This document shows positions 38,900-50,627 of a stretch of 64,000 nt of DNA, piece by piece. Source of the stretch: Tetramitus jugosus (Eukaryota > Protista > Heterolobosea). The stretch lies in the NCBI GenBank assembly GCA_937625935.1, contig OW569365.1:1-64000 (forward strand). Direction: 5' to 3'. The position numbers were made by a program, and so were the translations under genes. A model generated the notes under the pieces. It worked only from the letters and a program-made list of their open reading frames with translations. It searched no databases and was not told where the DNA came from. Each line of letters opens with the position of its first letter. Position 1 is the stretch's first letter.

Positions 38900-40249
38900 A
38901 TGATGTATATTGCGACTCCAACAAGTGGTTACGTACCCAACAATGATTCTGACAGCAAGAAACTCGAATCATCATCATCTTATGTGGGTCATGATCCTGA
39001 GGAACCAACCATTGAACTTCCCTTTCTTCCCTGTGCCTTTTACAATCGATTGGAAAGTAAGGCACAAAGCAGTAATAACGGCAGCAGCAGTAACAGAGGA
39101 ACAACAGAAGAAGTGTTTTTTGATCATAGTCAACTGAGCACAGCTGTTCGAGTCAAGGATGTGTATATTGGATCGTATATGACACTGGTGACAACGTATG
39201 ATGATCCATGCGCACTGTACAAGTATAATCACAAGCCCACTGTGGATGAGTCTGGTGCTCTGGCGCCATTTTACAAGGCGGAGTTTTTAGGAAAACCGAT
39301 TACGTCGGAGATAACTTCAGTGTCGGTTGGGTACAGTCATCAGATGGTGCTGTGCAAGTGGAGCAATGAGTTGTTTATTTGTGGAAGTGCGAGCAATGGT
39401 CGATTGGAAGTGGATCACGATCTAGACAAGTTTGCATTGTTCAATCACAAGCGCTTCAATCCAAACAATTTGCCCATCACGATTGCAAAGTGTGGCGGCA
39501 TTCATTCCATGATTGTGTTGGACAATCGGCTTCTGTATATGACTGGTTGGGGTGGGTATGGACAACATGGACAAGGAACATTGGAAGACGTGAGACTGTT
39601 TTCGTTGGCCAATCCGAATTTTGAGCCTCATGAGCGCATAAAGATTGTCGCAGCAGGTTCAGCGCACACCGTTGTCGTCACTGAAGAGAATATCGTGTAT
39701 GGATGCGGTTGTAATGAAGAGAAGATGCTTGGTGTGGGAGGAGGTCATGCACTCACCACACTAACAAAACTCACTTTTCATGAAGTGTTTCGTGGAAGAA
39801 GCATCGAGCAAGTGGAGTGTGGTTATCGAAGCACGTTGTTCCGACTGAACACGAATGAAGTGTACTATATGGGTCACAATTCCTATAAGGAGGCAGGTTA
39901 TGATTCTGTGTGGCCAGATGCACCAACTCAGATTATGTTCCCAGCGTTAAATCTTGCCCGTGAAGTATCCATCTCCTGTAGTCTGTATGCAACTTGCATA
40001 TGCTTGGATCGACACAAGTCGTATCTTGCGGGCAAAGTGGCGGACAGTTCGACTGCACAGGCCACTTTCACCCGCATTGCACTTCCTCGAGCCTTGATGC
40101 GAGCTTCTGTAAAAACAATCTGTTCTTTTTCAGGAGTGGCTGCTTTTGAGATATCGAACACAACAAAGCAGTTGGAACAGTTCTTTGCCGGTTTGAGTCA
40201 ATCCATCTCTCGGTGTAGATTCACTGATTTAGAGGTTCTATTTGCCTAG
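38900..40249 (+). CDS. RCC1/BLIP-II repeat protein
   Basis: VSVGYSH, AKCGGIHS, GWGGYGQHG, AAGSAHT and VECGYRST repeats. Confidence 0.88.
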   Translation: MMYIATPTSGYVPNNDSDSKKLESSSSYVGHDPEEPTIELPFLPCAFYNRLESKAQSSNNGSSSNRGTTEEVFFDHSQLSTAVRVKDVYIGSYMTLVTTYDDPCALYKYNHKPTVDESGALAPFYKAEFLGKPITSEITSVSVGYSHQMVLCKWSNELFICGSASNGRLEVDHDLDKFALFNHKRFNPNNLPITIAKCGGIHSMIVLDNRLLYMTGWGGYGQHGQGTLEDVRLFSLANPNFEPHERIKIVAAGSAHTVVVTEENIVYGCGCNEEKMLGVGGGHALTTLTKLTFHEVFRGRSIEQVECGYRSTLFRLNTNEVYYMGHNSYKEAGYDSVWPDAPTQIMFPALNLAREVSISCSLYATCICLDRHKSYLAGKVADSSTAQATFTRIALPRALMRASVKTICSFSGVAAFEISNTTKQLEQFFAGLSQSISRCRFTDLEVLFA

Positions 40250-40265
40250 TCAAAGTAAATATCTT

Positions 40266-41489
40266 TCAGTCTTGATTGGTTCGCATTGAGTCTAGGTTTT
40301 CGTTGTTTGATCGGATGGCGTCTGATCGAGTGCGTAAGCCCTTCCGGCTGATGATGGATGAGATTGGGGTTTCTTCCGCGTTTGGTCCTCCACTGGTGTC
40401 GCTTGCAGTAGGTCCAATCTTGTAAAGGCTAATGATCGAGGGTTTATGTTGTAAGACTCTAGATCTCCGAGTGGATCTCCGGGAGATTGACACTCCATCT
40501 CCAAGGACATCCTCTATTGACGTGATACTGCCAGAACTAGAGGCTCGATTGAGTGACCGCCGCCTGCTGGGTTGTACTGACAGATCTGGCTTGCCATTGG
40601 ATGATGCGAGTGATGAAGATCTTGACGAAGGTAAAGAACCGCTCTCCTCTGATGAGTTGACAGAATAGTTTGACATTCCATCAACTGATTCCATATCATG
40701 CTCGTTCAACATTATTTTACTTCCGGCTCGTCCCCGTGCATATGGTCGATATCTACCGTGCGAGTTCGTTTTCATTGATTGAAGAGAAGATATTAATTCG
40801 TTAAGATCTCTCATTAACACTGACGATGCGTCTGATTCATTTCCCTTCTCATCCAATTGTAATTTCTTTTCTTTGATAAAGTGAACGAGTTGATCAAACT
40901 TGTTCGTTTCTTCTCGACTATTGCGCAGTTCCTCTTCTATTCTTTCCAGCTCAATACTATAGTTCTTCTTCATTGTTTCTGCCTCGAAATGATAGTCCTC
41001 ATATTGTTGTGTGATCTCTTTCAATTGTTGTAGTTCATAATGCGCTTGGGCCACTGTCTTCTGAAGAGCTGTCAAGTCATCTCCAAACTTTTCGGTCTGA
41101 TTCAGTAACAAATTCTTCTCTCTCATCATTCCAAGTTTCAAACTGCGTATTTTCTCATCGCTAACCTTTAATTTCGTTTCGATGTCTGTTTTCTGTTGTT
41201 GCATCTCGACGTGTTGGTTCTCTCGTTCATGGTTAGATTCCTGCTCGATTTCAAGCTCTGTGCATTTCATGATAACTCTCTGTAGTTCCACTGATAAATT
41301 CGTTTTATCAATATTCACAGTTTCCAATTCTTTCTTCAGTAGAGTAATTTGTTCTTCCTTCTCAATAATCAAGTCTCTCGCCAGTTCGATTTGTTGTCTC
41401 AGTTGGTCGACTTCTCGCTGTTCAGCATCGTTTTGTTTCGTCTCTACTCCTATGCTCGATGATTGTTGTTGCAACCTTTTGTGTAACAT
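40266..41489 (-). CDS. Coiled-coil protein with Ser-rich tail (additional 5' exons likely up to ~41860)
   Basis: Long heptad-rich E/K/Q region. Upstream short ORFs with GT..AG-like boundaries were not resolved. Confidence 0.65.
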   Translation of the reverse strand: MLHKRLQQQSSSIGVETKQNDAEQREVDQLRQQIELARDLIIEKEEQITLLKKELETVNIDKTNLSVELQRVIMKCTELEIEQESNHERENQHVEMQQQKTDIETKLKVSDEKIRSLKLGMMREKNLLLNQTEKFGDDLTALQKTVAQAHYELQQLKEITQQYEDYHFEAETMKKNYSIELERIEEELRNSREETNKFDQLVHFIKEKKLQLDEKGNESDASSVLMRDLNELISSLQSMKTNSHGRYRPYARGRAGSKIMLNEHDMESVDGMSNYSVNSSEESGSLPSSRSSSLASSNGKPDLSVQPSRRRSLNRASSSGSITSIEDVLGDGVSISRRSTRRSRVLQHKPSIISLYKIGPTASDTSGGPNAEETPISSIISRKGLRTRSDAIRSNNENLDSMRTNQD

Positions 41490-41974
41490 CTTGTTCTCCT
41501 ATTGTAGTAAAGAGTGAGAATGAACCGATTGTCATACTCATTAGAAAGACATAAACAACTCACTCTTTGTACCTCTATCATTTTAGAGCTAAGAATCGAG
41601 ATTAAGTTCTTTCGTTCAAGATTCTTCATCTCGAATTGATCAATCAACTCGCTACTGAGCTTCTGAGAGACACGATTCGGCCGACATTGTTTTTCATTGG
41701 GAGGTCCCACAGTTTCCGAAACCATCTGGAATTTGAAGGAAGCCAGTGTTTTGCAATCAAGGAGCTATTCTTTGAATAAATAAGAAGAGGAAGAATAGGA
41801 CTTGATCTAACAATTGTGTGGATTCGTTTCAAACCGCGACATTCATAGATGTCTCTTTTGCATGAGGACAAATTTCAACCGACAACGGTTCGTTACAGGA
41901 AAATTGAATCTTTTGGGGCCGTATGAACGAATCGCTCCACGATTGATAATATTTGAGTAAAACTTTATATGAGA

Positions 41975-44765
41975 TTAGTCAGATTTTTTACCACTCTTCT
42001 TTCCCTTCTTGTTCTTCTTGGGAGATGGTTCTTCTTCATTTGTCTGTTCTGGCTCTTCGACAGTATCAGGTACTACTTCTTCCTTGACTTCTTCGTCTTG
42101 CTTCTCCTCTGTTTGTTGTTCTACAGGGGCACTTGTGTGTTCAGTGGTATCAGCATGTTCCTGCACTTGGAAAACATCTCTCTCGTTCCAGTCCTTGTAT
42201 TCAGAGTAGCGAACTGCTGGGATGACATTGCTATAGAAATCTCGCGATATCTTTTCGGCCGAGAACGATTCGTGCCAGTTGTCGAACAAGCCTGGGTACT
42301 CTTCAGGATCTGCAATGGCTTCACCAATACGGGCACTCTTTGAGTCCTTCAACAATTGGGCCTTCCATTGTTTAACAACAGAATGAGCAAGACTTGGTGC
42401 ATACGTGCGGGCCATGAATGCAGCTTCGGTGAACCTCTGTTCGGCAACAAGATCATTCACACAGCTCTCTACGTCACCACACATCAAGTTGGCAATGAAT
42501 CGAACATTTCCTCTTCCCTTTTGACCAACTTCCTTCACACCATCATAGTCAGCCAACGAACTGTACAAAACTAAGAGATCTCCATAATTATTTCCTCGAG
42601 TGTATGCTTCCTTGGCCAAGTCAAAGTCTCCCAACTTGACACCCAACTCTCCTACTCTCTTGTAATCTTGTTCGTTTTGACACAAGTCGAATGCTCTTTG
42701 CAGGTCGTTCAATTCGAGAGCCAATTGGAATTGGAAAATTGGATCCTTTGCCAAATTGATGGCAATATCCTTAAGGTCGTGCTTTGCCAAGAATCGAGAC
42801 AATTCATCATAGGCATCCTCTGGAACCTCTCCTGCGTCCAAAATCGCTTGCGCAGCACCCAAATCACCTCTTATGATCGCAGTTTGATATTTTAATACAT
42901 TCATATTCAAGTCTTGAGCCAGAACAACTCTCTTCTGATTCATGAAATAGAGCTTATTATACTTTTGTACAAATCCCAAGAATCTGTATCCCTTTTCGAC
43001 ATGGAACAAAAATTGTACATCTCCTCCAATATAGTACTTGCACTGATTCTCGTGATTTACATATACAAATACATCACCAATGAATTGTCCCTTCTTCACA
43101 CGTTCTCCAGAAGGACTAGTAGATTCGACTTCTAGTGCATCAGCGAGACCTTCCTCAGGCAAAGCACCTTGTCCAAGAGCAGTCTTCAAAACGTTCGCAT
43201 TAAATCTCAAAATGAAGAATTGATCTTGGCAACAAAGAGCAACATAATCGCCATTTTCACTCCACAAAATCTCATGAGGTGCTACTTCAATCGATCTCAC
43301 CAATTGACAAGTCTCCCAATCGTACAGACAAACAAATTCATCTCCTCTCACAGCGATCAAATTACCGCCAAATATTTTTTGTGGAGGGAAGAATGGTTTC
43401 CACACCTTGTGTTCCTTAAAGTCCTTGAACACCTTCAATTGTCCAGATTTCTCTCTGATGCAGTATTGACCAGCACCAGGTCCCCAAACAAGCTCCTCTG
43501 CTTGTCCATAGGACTTACTACGCCATGAGATGGCAGCATAAATGACATATTCTCCATCTCCACACAAGCTAACAAATCTTCCCTTGCTGTCGTGCATCAT
43601 CTGTCTAGGATATACATCAACGCTACCAAAGTCCTTACCACCTGTCCAAGGACCACCAGCCTTCTCGATCGTACCACCAGCGACTTCACCACCTTCGCTC
43701 ACAACAACCTTTCCCTTTCTGTCCATGCTGCCAGCCCAACCTTCCTTACCCAACTTTACAACAACTGTACCGTAGTCGTAACCAATGGCAAGATCAGTGC
43801 TGTTTGAGTGAACAGCAAAGGACCAAACTCTGTCCAATCCATAGTTCAATGTCTCCAACAATTGGAATGTGTGAGCGTGATAAATGGTGACAATGTGATC
43901 CTCTGATCCGGTAATGATCAATGGAAGCTTTGGATGGAAGCAACAGGCAGTTACATTGTGAGAATGAGCAGTCAATTTTTGAATTTGAGACTTGGTCTGA
44001 TAATCCCAAATAATAACAGTGGTATCATCACTGCCAGACACCAAAAATGGCTTATCACCACCTTGGTACCACTCGACCCAGTTCACACCCTTTGTATGAC
44101 CCTGGAGTCCATAGTTCAATGTACCATTAATGTTCCACACACGGATCACACCGTCCAAGCATGCTGTAGCAAACACATTTGGATCCACAGGTGACCAACT
44201 ATACACAGACACACAAAAACAATGTGCGAAAAATCGGAAAAAACAAAAAAAAACTGTGAGCAAAAAAAAACCCATGTTGAGTGGTGGTGACACGATGGTT
44301 GTGAACAACATACCTTGCATTCATGACATAGTGCGTGTGCTGTTCAAATGTAAACTCCAAACTGAAATTCTTTTCCCAATTCCACAATCTTGCAGTCATA
44401 TCATCACCAGTACTGATAAACAATGGCTTTGTTGGATGAATCGTAATATTTCTAATATAGTCAGTGTGAGCCTCAAAAGAGTGCTCCAATTGACCAGTGT
44501 TATAGTTGAATATACGAATAATCATGTCGTCACTTCCTGTTATGATCCATTTTTTTCTTGGAATGAATTTGGCTGTACGAACAGGCAGACCTTGACTGGA
44601 TGCAGTAAATGTCTTGATGACCTTTTGACTGTCAACGTCTTGGATCAATACTTTACCATTGTACAGTGCAGAGAGAACCCATGGTTCAGTTGGATGTATA
44701 TCAACAGCTTTCACACGTTCTGATCTTTGCAAAAACTTCTTCTTCAAATCGAGGCGATAACTCAT
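41975..44765 (-). CDS. COPB2: Coatomer subunit beta' (intron 44199-44313)
   Basis: RSERVKAVDIHPTEPW, FEAHTDYIR, LNYGLDRVW, EAAFMARTYAPS. The splice yields HYVMNASWSP. Confidence 0.96.
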
Positions 44766-45113
44766 ATTTTGTGCGTGGTTTTGATGAGTGTGTTGGTATC
44801 AAAAATGATGATGATGAATTGGGGTGGAGAGAAGAGATTGTGATGATGTCGATTTTTTTTTGTTTTTTTCGCTGATTTGTTGTAAGATCGACTATTTTTA
44901 CTCATTTACTCCGTGTGGAACGCAAAGCATTCAGTACCACATGGTTCGAATGACACATTGGTGTGGTCACTCTGATGATTCAGTACACTTCGACTCCATA
45001 TATTATCTGGAGTTCTCAAGAACGATTGATCAAAACGAGGGAATCAAGTCGGATACTAAAGTATTTCTCCGACGGAATTTACGACAGATACCTGCTTCCG
45101 AAATAACTACGGA

Positions 45114-45184
45114 GCATTGATGGTGTAGAGGCAGCATCTCAGCCTTCCAAGCTGAGGACCCGGGTTCGATTCCCGGTCAATGCA
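45114..45184 (+). tRNA. tRNA-Gly(TCC), intronless
   Basis: Acceptor GCATTGA/TCAATGC, anticodon arm TCAGC-CTTCCAA-GCTGA, T arm CCGGG-TTCGATT-CCCGG, TTTT at 45185-45188. Confidence 0.96.
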
Positions 45185-45255
45185 TTTTGGCTCTTCTAGC
45201 CAGCCGTTCTACAGTTTTCTGTTAGGCGCGAATCATTAGAGACTCTGAGAGATTC

Positions 45256-46707
45256 ATGATGGAAGTTAACACAACATTGTTTCGAGCTGAAACAGAAAAA
45301 ATGGATTCATCTAGTGGGGGTAGAATGAGTCCGAAAACGTGGGGTGAGTCATTGATGATGTACAAGATTGAGAAGTCGATCCCTGTATATGGTAAGAATT
45401 TGCCTCAAGTGTACAGAGCAACAAGAGACAAGAGTAGTGAATGGAGAGAGAAGGATAGGGAATTGAATCCAATTCTTCAGTCATTTATAGATCCTGTAGT
45501 AGAAGAGAAACAACGAACAAAGGAAGAAGGGTACAAGAAGAGTCATTTCTTGAGAGCTCAAGATCGATCAGTTGTGAACACTAGTGTTTACAATATTCTG
45601 ACTCTCGAGAACTATCAGGAAAGAGAGGAAGGTCAACGACAACTTTACCTGAACAAACTCTCAAACAAGACCGAGTCCATTAAAATTACAAGGAATCCGA
45701 ATGATACGAGTCGTCCTAGTAAGGATCCAATTGATGCAATAGCAAGAAAAAAGAAGTTTTACAAGGTGATGAGTGAATATGACAATGTATATAATCGGTA
45801 TTTTGATGACGACGAAGAAGAGCATAGGAAACAAAGTGATTTTGAGAAGTTGAATCAGAGTGCGCTAGCTAACTGCAAGAAACTGCAATCCAGAAGTAAT
45901 TATTACTTGAACCCCCTGTTCCCTACAGATTCAACAGATATCGAAAAACTAGACAAGCAAGCGAGAGATGAGTTTGGGACGAAGAGGAAAGTTATTCCTC
46001 AACATATGGTCTTACAGGAATCAAATGGCTATGATATTTTGAAAACAGACCTAGTTCTAGATCAGAGCGTCATTGACCAAGTTGAGAAGCGAGAAAAGAT
46101 CGTTCTGGCAAAACATTTTAAGAACAATGCTGCCGAGCTTGAGGTGAAGAAGAACCGAGAAATCAAGAGTAACCAAACTCAGTTTCGGAGAACAATGAAC
46201 AAGAGTACGCATGCTCGCTTGAGAGATGAATTCTCAACTCCTTATCATCTTCTGTCCAACAAATCCTATGTGGGAATAGACTCGATACCTCCTCCAATCA
46301 ATCTGAGTTACATGAGAAGCGATGAGAGAAGTAGAACTGTGTGGCAGAATGCAACCATACAGAGGGAAGATGCTGAACAACTACTGGACAATACGAGCCC
46401 AAAGGCGAAAGTTTTCTCTGGACGTCGAAAGAAATCAGCTTGGCTCCACCACCAAATTCAAGGAACCGAGAGTGGATCAGTACGGAGCGTGGTCATTCCC
46501 CAAAAACTGTCCAAGGACACGCCGTCGGTCTTGTACGATACGCCAGCACTTAAGCTCGGAAAGAGTGGACGAATATGTGTTGACAATGTAGTTGTTTATC
46601 CAGTGAAAGAAAGGAGAGATTCTTGTCCTTCGATTCCTGCAACAATATCTGAAATAACAAAAAGAAGGAGACCAAATACAACAGGAAAGCGAAAAAATCC
46701 CCATTGA
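45256..46707 (+). CDS. Hypothetical protein, possibly axoneme-associated
   Basis: 483-codon ORF with recurring short (Y/L)(N/D/H)(I/P/L)(L/I) motifs separated by charged helices. The function is a guess. Confidence 0.6.
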   Translation: MMEVNTTLFRAETEKMDSSSGGRMSPKTWGESLMMYKIEKSIPVYGKNLPQVYRATRDKSSEWREKDRELNPILQSFIDPVVEEKQRTKEEGYKKSHFLRAQDRSVVNTSVYNILTLENYQEREEGQRQLYLNKLSNKTESIKITRNPNDTSRPSKDPIDAIARKKKFYKVMSEYDNVYNRYFDDDEEEHRKQSDFEKLNQSALANCKKLQSRSNYYLNPLFPTDSTDIEKLDKQARDEFGTKRKVIPQHMVLQESNGYDILKTDLVLDQSVIDQVEKREKIVLAKHFKNNAAELEVKKNREIKSNQTQFRRTMNKSTHARLRDEFSTPYHLLSNKSYVGIDSIPPPINLSYMRSDERSRTVWQNATIQREDAEQLLDNTSPKAKVFSGRRKKSAWLHHQIQGTESGSVRSVVIPQKLSKDTPSVLYDTPALKLGKSGRICVDNVVVYPVKERRDSCPSIPATISEITKRRRPNTTGKRKNPH

Positions 46708-46744
46708 CACTCTATTACAATGAGATAAAACGTAATTTATGAGT

Positions 46745-49700
46745 TTATTCTTCAATTAAGGTATGGCACAGAGGACAATTATGGGTCTTGTATAAGGCAT
46801 GTTCAAGCACGCGATGTTTACAGGCAGGGCAAGTCCAAGCAGGAGCATTGAAAATATTTCTCCCAGTTGCAACACATGCATAAAATGGTGTGTGGCATCC
46901 CGAGCACCTGTTTTCATACTCAAACGCTGAGTGACCGCACTTTTCACAAGTTCCTTTAGGCTCTAACTTGGTCCCATTGACAGGAGGATGCATAGTGAAT
47001 ATTTCGATGGCCAGTGCTTGAATTTGAGTCCTATATTTTGATTGTTCCTCAGCAGTCAATCTGGAATCTTCATATGATTCGAGCTTGACAAATGCTTTTG
47101 AGCAGTGTTTGTAGTCCTCAGCATAGAATGTAGCAAGAGCAATTAAAGAATACATATCCTTTGTATTCAGAATATCCTCATACTGTATCAATCGAAGTGC
47201 AGTATTGAGTGCATCTTCGTATTTCTCTTGACCCAGTTGCCTCTGACACAACATTAAGAAATGATAGGCTTCAGCTCCTTTCCAGGCGTTATCTAGAGTT
47301 TTGTCATATCCGATCGTCATTTCATGCTCCATCAAACCTTTCAAGGCTAGTTTCGTGTTCGCTCCTTCAGTATCTAACAATCTTCTCTTCACTTGCTCAA
47401 TATCGAGAGCTGCGAATACAAATAGCATTTTAGCCTTCAGAGGCTGCAATTTCACATTAGCTGCCTCTTGTGCCAGCCTTGTTAGCAATTTGGCAGATTC
47501 AGTGTTTCTATTCGCCTTTTGATAAAGCTCGATCGCTTCTGGTATCATTCCTTTCTCAACTAGAACAGTGGCATACCTGAACAATATTTCTTCGACATCC
47601 TTCATATTATTCTGCTCCGCTAATTCAACTGCCTTATCCCAAAGATTTAATGAAACACAGGTATCGATTGCCTTTCGGACGTCACCTCCTTTTAAGAAAG
47701 CTCTAACAGCACTCTGTGCGATACCAGCAGCAGAGAATTTATCTCCAATATCGAAAAGAAGAGGACTTGACTCGGGCAGAACATTGACCAGCTTTTCCAA
47801 AGATTTAAAATCTTCCTTCTTGTAATACACTTGAACTAATTTCTCGTAGTTCTCTGACTTAATATAGTGCTGCAGTGCACGACTCCACATGTGTCTGTCA
47901 ACAAAGTAATCACCTATTTGGTTGTATGTTTCTTTTTTCATCTCATCATTTCCGCCCCCTTCTTTTAGCAGCTGCAGTACTCCGAACCAATCTCCCACTT
48001 CTTTTCGTAGTTCAATCGCTAAATCTTTTCGATCTATTTGTTTGTAGATTCGTTCAGCCTCATCAAAGTTCTTAAAGTAAGTTGCAATTTCGGCCTGTTG
48101 TTTCAGTCGATCCTTAAACTCTCTCAATTTTTTGACAAATTGAACTCCTTGGAAATCACCAGAATTGATAAAGGCTCTGTGTGCGATGTCATACTCCTGT
48201 TTCTGTAGAGCTGCTTCTGCTAGAAGCTTGTACAATCTGGGATGAGGATTGTCCTTAACAAATACAAACGCGTCCTCTAAACTAACGGAACTGATGATCT
48301 TTTTAGTGTCCCTGAGCGATCTTGTTTCGTATGACTGAATATTCTCCTTGTTTGGTCTTTCAGGGTCTATCATGATTTCATCCAATAAAACTCCTTTTAT
48401 CTTCAAATTGTTGAAACCACAAAGAAAGGCCGAGCTAGGTTTCGGTTCTTCAGGAAGAGTATTTCTAAATGTGTATAATTTGGTTTTCTCCATGATTGCG
48501 AATAATTCCGGATTATCCTCGCTCCAAATCATATCCCAAACTTCTTTTCTTTCCAAGTCAAGTTGCTCGATTTCATTCGTCATCATTCTTGACTTCTTAT
48601 CACTGCTGGTATTTAACTTGTACAACGAAAAAACACCATTGATGTCAATGACGGACAACCGAGAAGAATCACAGTTAATCGCAAGAACCTGAGGTCGACA
48701 CTTCAATACGAATCTATCAACCAATGTCAAGCCTGATATTGCATACTGATAAACAGTACCAGACTCTCTAGCAACGAGTAAATGTTTCTCGGTAGCACAT
48801 ATGGCACAAATACTGTCACTTGTATCACTCTCCTTAAACTTTCCTTTGAATGATCTAGCAACGTTTTCGTCAATGTGGAAGAAAAATTCATTCTCATCGC
48901 GCTTAATGTCGCTGGATAATCCTACTCCTTGCTTTCTTCTATGTTGCCAGACGTAAACATTTGACTCTGAGGCCACGATCACATGACTAGGTGTCATTGC
49001 AATATGAAGTGGCTCTATCGATAGGTATTTGGTTTCTATTGGACTTCCAATTGAATTACAGATTATTAGAATATACTTTTTGTCCGGAGTTTGCTGCATC
49101 TGATCGGCCTTAGTAACTAGAATACAATTTTCTCCAACGGCTCTGATTGCCACCAAACGTTTAATGTACTTCACAAACTTGTCATCTGTTTTAGAGTTCC
49201 AAAATACAACACAATGCTCGGGTCTATCCAACTTTGTGAATGAGTAAACAAGAGTGTTCTTATTGAACCAACCCCATTTGTAATCTGGGCGAACATTCGC
49301 GAAAAACACATAAGAGTCTACAGCTAACGCCAGTCGCAGCCCTGTACCTTCCCAAGATATTCCAGCGACTCCAGAACCAGGTATCTTGAGAGTTTTCAAA
49401 TGAATACCATAGGGATTGTAAAATTGGACAACACTGATCACTTTGTCTTCTCCTGTATCTTGTGCTCCGCATATCGCAAGGACTGTACCCTGACAATTCC
49501 ATTTGATTTTGGACACTCTCATCTCCGTATCGACAAGAATTGGATTTTCGTCAAGTTCTGTCCTCATCAATTGACACCTTCCATTCTCGTAGCAAATAGC
49601 AAGAGCAGGTGAGTTGATGTCGCTATAGCCTTCACTGCCGTCATACCAATCGATACCAGCCAACGAGTGGCTCAGAGATTCATCCTCCAAACAAGCAATT

Positions 49701-50419
49701 TTCACATCACACTATCATCCGTGTGAGAAGATTCATTTCTTTGTGGTGAAAGAAAACAAAAGAGGATAGATGTAACATACTGTTGGCATTCCATTTTTTG
49801 CGTCATAAATTTTCACTTGTCCCTGCAACGTTCCAAACAATATATATTTTCCATCAGGAGACCACTCAACATGAGACAGTGTAGTTTTTAATTCCTTTCC
49901 CCACAATCTATTTCCATCTACACTTCCCACAATCACCGCACCATCTTCGTACACAATACAAATCTTTTCCCCGTCCGAAGTCCACTTCAAATCTCTAACC
50001 ACACTCTGATTTCTGTTGTTGATCATTTCTTCGAACCACATACCCTTGTGTAGCAACCACACGATAATGAGGCCATTATCGTCAGATGATGTTAACTTTC
50101 GAAAGTTCTCATTCCACCCAACAACATTCGTCCTTCCTGTTGAGAGAGAGTGAGATCAATATTGAGAACAAACACTTGTGATGAGAACAACAAACTTGGA
50201 TTCCTTACCTTTGTGACCCTCTAGTGTTTGATTCATTGTTAATGAGGTTGGAGCAGCTATCCCCTTGTATGAAGTCTCTTCTGTCGTTTCGAGCTTGAGA
50301 ACTTTGAGGAGACCTTGCTCTCCTCCACACGCTATCCATCCTTCCTCAGTGTTCCAACTGATACTCTTCAGTTTTACCCCATTGGGAATCGCAATCTTCT
50401 TTGATAGAAATATCCACAT
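46745..50419 (-). CDS. WDR35: IFT-A subunit WDR35/IFT121 (introns 50137-50208, 49712-49780)
   Basis: [57 protein letters not shown] and C-terminal Zn-binding CPLCH. Both introns restore the frame. Confidence 0.97.
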
Positions 50420-50627
50420 CTTGAACCCTGGACAAAGAAGAATAGAAAGATAATCGGTGATTGCTAGTCGTAGAACCGGGAGTAAATATCGCGCCTAATA
50501 CACAGTTTTCCCGGCATTTGATCGTCGGGTAAAAGGGTAAAAAAGCCCTCGCACGAGTGCATGTGAAAACTACCAAGATCTCCCCACACAACAAGCAAAA
50601 AGCTTCCAACAAAACAACACACACAAA